From Candidatus Poseidoniaceae archaeon (lineage in GTDB: Archaea; Thermoplasmatota; Poseidoniia; Poseidoniales; Poseidoniaceae), in the NCBI GenBank assembly GCA_964218365.1, contig CAXPMI010000031.1, positions 9,940-73,939 on the forward strand: 64,000 bases of DNA, read 5' to 3'. Both the position numbers and the translations under genes were made by a program. The number at the start of each line of letters is the position of its first letter. Position 1 is the stretch's first letter. Positions 59,901-64,000 of this stretch are shown here, in pieces. The notes beneath the pieces are model-generated. The model ran no database searches. It saw only the letters and a list, made by a program, of their open reading frames with translations, and was not told the origin of the DNA.

Positions 59901-60460
59901 GCCAGTAATCCAAGGATGACGAAGATTGCCAGAGTGTTGAAGAACACGAATCCAATTGCTTCTTGCCAAGCGGCAGTTCTGATGTACTCCTGTCCATCAA
60001 GGGTGAACAACTTGGTTTGGTTGTCAGCGAAGTTTCCGGCTGCAATCATTGCAGCCCAAAGTCCTGTGAAAGAGAATACAAGGACAGTGTTCCACTCATG
60101 ACGTCCGTTGGAATCAAGTAAATATCCGCCAAACATCACAATGAAGAAAATCAAACCTAGGAAGTTTGAATCAGTGAACATAGCCACTCCTTCTGCCAGA
60201 ATCAGTGATACAACAAGGGTGACGAGGGAAAGTGCTGCGCCTTGTTGAATGATGTTGCTTTCTTTTATGACACGAGGTGCCATTCCGAGAACCGCTGCAA
60301 TTGCAACTGCAGCAAATGGTTCCATTCCTTCTACATCAAGGACTAGACCAAAGTCTAGACCAAAGTCAGCCAATATTGCAACCAAAATTGCTAGGGGCGC
60401 AATAAGCATCCCGAGCATTGGATTGGTTGCTCCAATTTTTTCGTCGTTTTGTGTCGACAT
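50921..60460 (-). CDS. aglB: Giant oligosaccharyltransferase AglB/STT3 with an extra N-terminal membrane domain and ~1800 aa of beta-sandwich repeats ending in a TM anchor
   Basis: GSDPWY, RPPLF, ADHD (DxD), TIAE (TIxE), SWWDYG, DNFQ; repeated TDxNG/TDEDG carboxypeptidase-regulatory-like units; terminal TM followed by RRGSSGRF. Confidence 0.88.
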   Translation of the reverse strand: MSTQNDEKIGATNPMLGMLIAPLAILVAILADFGLDFGLVLDVEGMEPFAAVAIAAVLGMAPRVIKESNIIQQGAALSLVTLVVSLILAEGVAMFTDSNFLGLIFFIVMFGGYLLDSNGRHEWNTVLVFSFTGLWAAMIAAGNFADNQTKLFTLDGQEYIRTAAWQEAIGFVFFNTLAIFVILGLLAAVLLRGVLTPATDKGWFGYIKPHDGGWNNATLPLQVALAVWAATHIAIMYYFNTLSDLDILAIWSEENYHGYIGFWPAAFTGLVALTCAWMCAERWYTRAIFIGSMWTLYIVSSLFESGHWSNDNLSGTWAVWIWFGITFFIGVLIYWFATHEDYGGWMNRELHEPSQARVFWSNHWAGIMTFMAFLVALAIRVQWYFVPSMNSAGLESWDLTGGSDPWYMKRVVDYVIAENAHLIFDADRNYPVGGINPRPPLFSWSMAMGAMLLTNLGLSSDESVWYAMLALPAIFGALIVFPMAAIAKDHFGKGAGVIAAWLIAFMPTHVQKSTWAMADHDSYVLLFLTAAFMFYLRAVKAGGDERLSRHTNASPSGIIKAMAEVLKQRRKASANAIAAGVCFSIVALGWKGFVYGPAIIFLAYFIQVAMNMFRRKDSTILSALNIMMLGTIYVMVMPFYAHPQINLVLNSTGLTPLLFITLFTVAIAWITTGFRDKPWLLVLGSLLTGGIVFGVVLYLLQITDQSNAWNILTTGSGYFTKNKIFGTIAEASAPSRGQLFASFGPIVFVLAIVMGIIALWDGIVKKSQTKLVLGMWVIVAAYMAWSAGRFLFNAAPAMAIMGAWGIVTLWGASGASNMARSWRRMGIRTPGERISNARKAVWRTPQFSAIGLVLIMLIGQHATYGIDAAMPGSSRHEAEMDETIFNIAPDILRWNDFGFSILDDSVYDENSRWYLGSFGSGYNDRGWNLAYDWLAKQDTDQSYSDRPAFVSWWDYGFQALETGDHPSVSDNFQSGIPASGNMLLARSQDDLVAMFIWRLSSADLAYNDARTGESAHTSSFLNTLSNHLTDEQKSEFVTIQTNMDADGVVDRSFKVTQVNGDVVMAEGRLIEDGVFGKDVNTYYMVFEDGEAIPCPTSADCVGDFAFANEGEAQPVFNNNIRAASDTESNTTHYIFGDYWYTSDLVEEYDSVSTNIHRKNAGIALVTQMLTSALDSEEIHALYTDLSNNAVYTVQDYEGAPGETITRNHEIRYFAIDNRLYPRAGLYSSEYSGGSPTGIFGAPTILSGQDFDTFMDEVYMTTRGQFNDEMTREEFDEEMRKDVLNQQSGATFDPLSLVDIRIDHTPAFFETMLARAYVGYGASTLGFATTEQPGQHFGQSGTPNSIMTNAVPLPGAMMNHFVIANWYNAENPDDMLGAANTLVKILKYYPGVEVGGTVSMSDDGTPLPNVRILIERDAFSGEDETDLDEDTYWVPIGYTDADENGEWSYTVPAGKIRVSAYAGVFDDAEAKDTIQTGEYAAGLGDLTVNTNDNRETNLITALLGKVANMSWMGEVTQNITGAQADQEFGTSIDTDFDIAVDSSGVSGTVTWTGHESFEGDALDGMDFILRNVWGMASNYSVSTTSGSFTTDEGDTRIIQGTGEVMFTENGTFDTQGNTGIVYGFTGNYTRNVLDGRSYTANATFTGAGSIVAEWIDYDAPACVEETVGDETIESLPTFEETVDGETINSTHIACLTSEADTYLFEGTVDANGRMTADGEVIVVKFLDGETFEGTGVYEGIGSVNGTGLFIGEGTFSGPMVAPGSFYKTGLMPGTYNMIAVMENGREILLPDPVEVGVEPTTDLEMKMPGSIFEDTLFADYFTNGDPTPLPNETIELVDFGLEEGSEPVLIETDENGNFSYGPLATGDYQWRVDIDDDDWYEVEYNFSVGLDSQNVTLAVSVPTMRDVTIQLNDGGSGIDLANRTLTFSSSLGTDLNDITLTAQSDETGFVHAEIFMGDWVISDETDENFVLWHEVEVGEDDVELDLTYAVSAWVNGTVWAIPGLNDLLQDPQYNNASDIPMEMRQPATNVNVEARSGNIILATTTDSQNGTYSIRMPAGVEFHINVQSFAGLTSNVLTAGMLVTDASDDVDRDLILEESNALQGTVWLRDSPVNGSGITWGDGITGASGAEIIATDENGLEWRDEIDDAGNFLMYLANGTYTISASNSDMNVQPVSVSTENDTNRVEVVAAPANVSLTLRIFLDTNDDLAWENGTAVSPTFNITSINEFGIDVTVTEDMYDANTGELTVELSVGNYIITMMDDDPRDENASDFRKFAPGLPSIDIGLDTIEDPVDIAITPEYLVAGTVLMESGFPLENSTVWLRNEAGDDFYPLATDENGTFAEYIAAGEWFVEVSDYIADSNETEIFRDVLILDGAVTDLNWKTKTALNVTMQLKESLTDSNITATRITAVSLDGLGNVSLGPSDNEGIINEVLMPGNWTLMLNRTDTLEMWSLDVGIYNSADTVVGNTWDVGAVYVDKHVLVGGKIFWDLNEDDIPNSGEGIDSVNVSISSESGFSENLTTDEDGTWKLFVPIRENYTVVAEKAGFDSVTYEDGNTSFYVVNDTHESRDFEMSAGLVEVSGNVTDILGATTRLDGATITLYPASGIVRDAIVIQDVVFDNDVLSWNASIEPGNWIVVVEGTDVDENGGGIAIGLLEASVQEGATLDLVMEKGGLISISTTWLTIDSVEFHAGDVSEGVDVEIDLGDGVAWEVPFDSNGEIEMILPAGSVSFDSEFESIQHDLNLAMEYNAGLTVEVIQDTAEDRLLEFTRRVNSDLVVEIISVDAETADFDPSDLTDLTAKEDGNGYKVITMKLSLTYEGTEISDTFTASGSTGVTQDAEFWTIEYKNSTGDWTEAMDVAMGIGMNNSDSDQLLYTEVDVRVTLPLKNQSQTYDDGHAVNMRFTADAGASEASARVFIPQQYNISLVDAPESIGVGVGDETIVTLRIVNNGNGDDTVTVESGLSCEGWTVAPPISNVTVAASSERSQSFTIYAPADAAAEDECPVSFTANSEGDFAEQSQSTTAIISVAKLVIDEGGVEPRNADAKANADGQFIIPIRNDGFLTAGDVIVYLAADELGNTVYPQQQVTITVPANGVAYASFDYSDLPPGDARLKVTLDVIGTPTHDDSDESAIITIKFSNIADEDGESDWLVVVIILLTGLVMYGGYKTARRGSSGRF

Positions 60461-60614
60461 TGTGTTTCCCTCTAGTTTTCTAGGTGCAGCCTAAAGGCTG
60501 TAGCATTGCGGCCACAAATGACCCCTTTTTATGCGTTACCTATTACCAATAAATTTGGATATATTCACACATATTGTAAAACGGACTGCTGCAAGGCATT
60601 TTCTGTTCAAATGC

Positions 60615-61865
60615 CTATAGGGCTCTGTGACCAATATCACGGCGATAGTGAGAGCCGGCCAACTCGATTTGCTCAATTAGGGAGTAAGCCTTCGCAGAGG
60701 CTTCTTGCAAATCATTACCAATACCTGTACAAGATAATACTCTTCCACCGTTTGAAAGAAGAACTCCATCTTCCATCTTTGTGCCAGCATGATTTACCCA
60801 AGAATCATCTCCTGAATCTGGTAGATTTCTAATTTTCCTACCCTTCTCAACTGATCCTGGGTAGTTTTCTGCTGCAAGAACAACCGTCATTGCATGTTTG
60901 TTGTGGAATTCAACATTTAAATTCGATAATTTGTCTACCGAGGCAGCGTGTAGTACATCTCCCAAATCTGTTGCGATTAGAGGGATTGTGATTTGGCATT
61001 CTGGGTCTCCAAATCTGACATTGAATTCTACAACATATGGGTCCCCGTGCTCATCGATCATCAGCCCTACGTAGAGCACTCCACGGTATGGAATTCTGCG
61101 AGAAGAAAGGGCTTTGTGCATTGGCTCAACGATTCTCTTCACGGTTTTTTCCTTGACTGAATCTGTGTAAACTGGAGCAGGAGCATAAGCACCCATTCCA
61201 CCAGTATTTCGGCCTTTATCACCTTCAAACTCACGCTTGTGGTCTTGGCTAGCCGGCAAACAAACGTACCCACTTCCGTCCATAACAACAAGCATACTTG
61301 CTTCTTCGCCAGGAAGGAAGGCCTCTAACAGTACCTTGCCGTCTGTTCTGATTGAATCTGTAATGAATTCCTTAGCTTCGTCTCGATCTGTTGTGACCAC
61401 AACTCCCTTTCCACCAGCAAGAACGTCTCTCTTGATTACCCATGGATTGTCGGAAAAGTCGTCCAATGCTGAATCAACATCGCTATTCTTGTCCAAAACG
61501 TGGAAGTCAGCAGTTGGAACTCCATTTTCTTTCATCACTTGCTTTGCATGCAGTTTACTCCCCTCAAGTCTAGCAAGGGCAGCGACTGGACCGAAGCAAG
61601 GAATATCCATCTTTGCCAATTTGTCAGAAAGACCTTCACACAGTGGAGCCTCAGGACCGGCAACGACAAAATCAACCTGTAACTGGAAAGCAAGATGAAC
61701 TAAATCTGAAACTTGGTTAAACGAGTGGTTAGTTGCGATTTCTGCGGTTCCAGCATTTCCAGGAGCACAGTGAATTTCACTGATGGATTGACTCTTTGCA
61801 AGACCTAGACAAAGGGCGTGTTCCCTGCCCCCTCCACCGACAACAAGGACCGTCATACCTGCCAT
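60615..61865 (-). CDS. purD: Phosphoribosylamine--glycine ligase
   Basis: VVGGGGREHA, APGNAG, GPEAPL, QDHKR, NTGGMGAY, EFNVRFGDPE, YRRDIG. Confidence 0.97.
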   Translation of the reverse strand: MAGMTVLVVGGGGREHALCLGLAKSQSISEIHCAPGNAGTAEIATNHSFNQVSDLVHLAFQLQVDFVVAGPEAPLCEGLSDKLAKMDIPCFGPVAALARLEGSKLHAKQVMKENGVPTADFHVLDKNSDVDSALDDFSDNPWVIKRDVLAGGKGVVVTTDRDEAKEFITDSIRTDGKVLLEAFLPGEEASMLVVMDGSGYVCLPASQDHKREFEGDKGRNTGGMGAYAPAPVYTDSVKEKTVKRIVEPMHKALSSRRIPYRGVLYVGLMIDEHGDPYVVEFNVRFGDPECQITIPLIATDLGDVLHAASVDKLSNLNVEFHNKHAMTVVLAAENYPGSVEKGRKIRNLPDSGDDSWVNHAGTKMEDGVLLSNGGRVLSCTGIGNDLQEASAKAYSLIEQIELAGSHYRRDIGHRAL

Positions 61866-61953
61866 GTTGCTTCCATAATAGTGAGGCTCATAAGCCCATC
61901 GCGAGGGGATTTTATCCACTGAGTTCAAAGGCCTAATCGTACAGCATGATATC

Positions 61954-62562
61954 ATGGAAGATTTCAACGTCTTCGAAATGATGTTGTTTACGCTTTGGAT
62001 TTACTTGCCCGGGTTTTTGGTCAATACCTTTGCAATGATGTGGGGTAAGTGGCTACCAAAAACTGGTTATGGCCCTTGGCCTATCGACGGAGGAAGGTTA
62101 CACAAAGATGGCAATCGACTACTTGGAGACGGTAAGACCTGGAATGGATTGATTGGAGGCTCCCTAACCAGTGGACTGCTTTGCTACCTCATGACAATGG
62201 TTCCGGAGAATTGGGTTTTCATTTCACCAACCGAAGCAGCGACAGGATGGGCAGCAGGTGCATTCGTAATGGGCACCTTCCTCGGATTTACGAGCCTGGT
62301 TGGAGATTCAACTGGTTCTTATTTCAAGAGACGCAAGGGCATGAAGAGAGAAGGTGATGTATCCAGTAAAGCACCTCTTCTTGACACACTACCATTTGCA
62401 ATCTCAGTCTTCGTCTTTGGTCAAATCTTCCTGACTGGTTCTGCACACGGTGATAGAGATTTGATTCTTCCAATGGTCTTGTTGGTAGTAATCACACCGG
62501 TTTTACACAGGTCATTCAATCTAATCGGATACAAGATTGGGTGGAAAGATGTGCCATATTGA
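61954..62562 (+). CDS. carS: CDP-archaeol synthase
   Basis: PIDGG...DGNRLLGDGKTWNG, GDSTGSYFKRR, PLLD, GWKDVPY. Confidence 0.93.
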   Translation: MEDFNVFEMMLFTLWIYLPGFLVNTFAMMWGKWLPKTGYGPWPIDGGRLHKDGNRLLGDGKTWNGLIGGSLTSGLLCYLMTMVPENWVFISPTEAATGWAAGAFVMGTFLGFTSLVGDSTGSYFKRRKGMKREGDVSSKAPLLDTLPFAISVFVFGQIFLTGSAHGDRDLILPMVLLVVITPVLHRSFNLIGYKIGWKDVPY

Positions 62563-62612
62563 TGAATAATGAAGGGGTATGATTCATTTGCTCTTTAGAT
62601 AGAGCAGTCATT

Positions 62613-64000
62613 ATGCGAAGAGCCCTATTCTTGACTCTGATAATTTTGATTGGTCTTCCAATTGCTAATGCCACCCAGATTACTGCCGACACTGAAGATA
62701 GCGCATCCGGCACACTCTCAGGAGAATATACCGTCGAGAGTGGCGCAACATGGACAGTATCCGGCGACTATGATATCGAGGAAGGAACAACTGTCACAGT
62801 TGAAGATGGAGCAACTATGGTTATTTCAGGTTCAATGAGTGCTGTCGCTGAACCAATGCTAAATCTAGCTGGGACCGCAAATGTGTTGGTCGATGTTGAT
62901 TTCTTGGGCGAGGAGGGAGTTCTTCGAATTAACTTTGCAGAAGAAATTCTCTACGGCATTGATATCGAGATAAATAACGAAACTACAGAAAATTGGACTG
63001 GAACTCAGTTCGACTGGAATGGTAGCCTAGATGTTGAAGCAATAACAGTAAACATAACGACAAATCCTTTCCAGATTTCTTCTATCGAATCTGTAACCTT
63101 ATCCCCACAGATGAACACACCAGTACTGCTAGCTGCAGACCAACTATCTGGCAACGGGACATCACTAGTTATCCCTGACAGGCTAAATGCTTGGAGCATC
63201 GACGTCCAGGGAACATTGATCGTTTCTGGATCCGTATTTGGAGCAGGAATCACTTGTCATGGTATATGTTCATTGGATGGTGCAAACATGACTAGCACAG
63301 GACCTATCGAAGTATTTGGTGAAATTTCTGTAATTGATTCTAGTCTAAATGGAGGAATTAGTGATGAAGATATCATCATTTGGGATGATGCACAAGTCAC
63401 ATGGTCAAACTCAACAGGAACTGGAGACATGACCGACAATTGGGTTAACATTCTAACAACCCGCACTGTAGGAGTCCAAAACGGCTATGTCGTATTCTAT
63501 GGATATGAAATGGGGTATGATTCAGTAAGTACATCTCCATTAGGGGATAACAGCACATTCGATGCTGCTAACATGGGTGATAATGTAATCGAAATAGCCA
63601 TTGATGAGCGAGATCGAATGGTTCGCTGGCAAGACGGGGCAGGAGTAATTCACGAGGAGAGTGCGAGTGCTCTGGTCGTTCTATCAACTCCATGGGGAGA
63701 CTATGAGCAACAAATCAACGACCTTCCAAAGGTCAACCATTTCGATGTAGTACTAGATTTACCAATGCTTACTTTTGATTCATTGGTTGAAAGCGATGAT
63801 GAGAGTAGCGTAAACACAAGACTGGGTATTATGGCTACAGTAACTAATAGCGGAGATGCTCCTGCAACTTTCCTCATACCATGCACATCAAATGGTACTG
63901 ATGCAAACGTCGGACTATCCCTACCTTACACTGCTGACGCCGGTGAAACTGTTGAGATCCCGATGAACTGGGACTCAGCAAATGAAGGAGAATTAACTCT
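62613..64000 (+). CDS. N-terminal part (runs off window) of a secreted acidic beta-rich protein
   Basis: Not in the ORF track because it has no stop in the window. Hand-translated start: MRRALFLTLIILIGLPIANATQITADTEDSASGTLSGEYTVESGATWTVSG; TTCATT 30 nt upstream. Confidence 0.8.
   Translation, partial: MRRALFLTLIILIGLPIANATQITADTEDSASGTLSGEYTVESGATWTVSGDYDIEEGTTVTVEDGATMVISGSMSAVAEPMLNLAGTANVLVDVDFLGEEGVLRINFAEEILYGIDIEINNETTENWTGTQFDWNGSLDVEAITVNITTNPFQISSIESVTLSPQMNTPVLLAADQLSGNGTSLVIPDRLNAWSIDVQGTLIVSGSVFGAGITCHGICSLDGANMTSTGPIEVFGEISVIDSSLNGGISDEDIIIWDDAQVTWSNSTGTGDMTDNWVNILTTRTVGVQNGYVVFYGYEMGYDSVSTSPLGDNSTFDAANMGDNVIEIAIDERDRMVRWQDGAGVIHEESASALVVLSTPWGDYEQQINDLPKVNHFDVVLDLPMLTFDSLVESDDESSVNTRLGIMATVTNSGDAPATFLIPCTSNGTDANVGLSLPYTADAGETVEIPMNWDSANEGELT

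Noticed and set aside
60611..60626. GAGCCCTATAGG (minus strand) at the purD stop, similar to the 423 palindrome
   Set aside because: One arm is coding (RAL*) and the palindrome is only 8 bp, so it is not counted as a family member.
1828..61698. Many 60-250 aa ORFs antisense or out of frame to long genes (e.g. 1828-2310, 7125-7748, 14791-15381, 20954-21595, 29475-30230, 61237-61698)
   Set aside because: They lie within well-supported genes and have Ser/Pro/Ile-rich shadow composition with no motifs.
62589..62606. TGCTCT-N6-AGAGCA inverted repeat before the last gene
   Set aside because: 6-bp arms, single occurrence; could easily be chance.

Overview
Gene-dense archaeal DNA, most likely Marine Group II Euryarchaeota (Poseidoniales). 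The assignment rests on archaeal-type GAPDH, PheT, GltX, uS15, ArcS, CarS and AglB, together with many very large acidic surface proteins with Pro/Trp-rich tails; it is inference, not a search result. About 35 CDSs, two of them truncated by the window edges. Housekeeping genes (gap, pheT, rnhB, gltX, rps15, arcS, dnaJ, purD, carS) are interleaved with cell-surface genes. Four giant minus-strand genes (1785, 1895, ~1431 and 3179 aa) occupy about 24.9 kb. No rRNA, tRNA, CRISPR array or mobile element was recognised. Main leads: (1) a two-gene unit pairing a fasciclin/blue-copper surface protein with a membrane-anchored protein carrying an apparent HmuY haem-binding domain inside a pilin-like scaffold; (2) a 3179-aa oligosaccharyltransferase (AglB/STT3) with an extra membrane domain and a very long extracellular stalk; (3) a non-canonical TT[CG]A box 28-31 nt upstream of 13 start codons; (4) CCCT-N1-3-AGGG palindromes at stop codons; (5) a three-pilin operon facing a wHTH-STAND-TPR gene; (6) odd fusions or degenerate enzymes (GltB3-GltB2-like, Pcp-Nudix, inactive-looking RecJ). 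All family calls come from motif recognition by eye.
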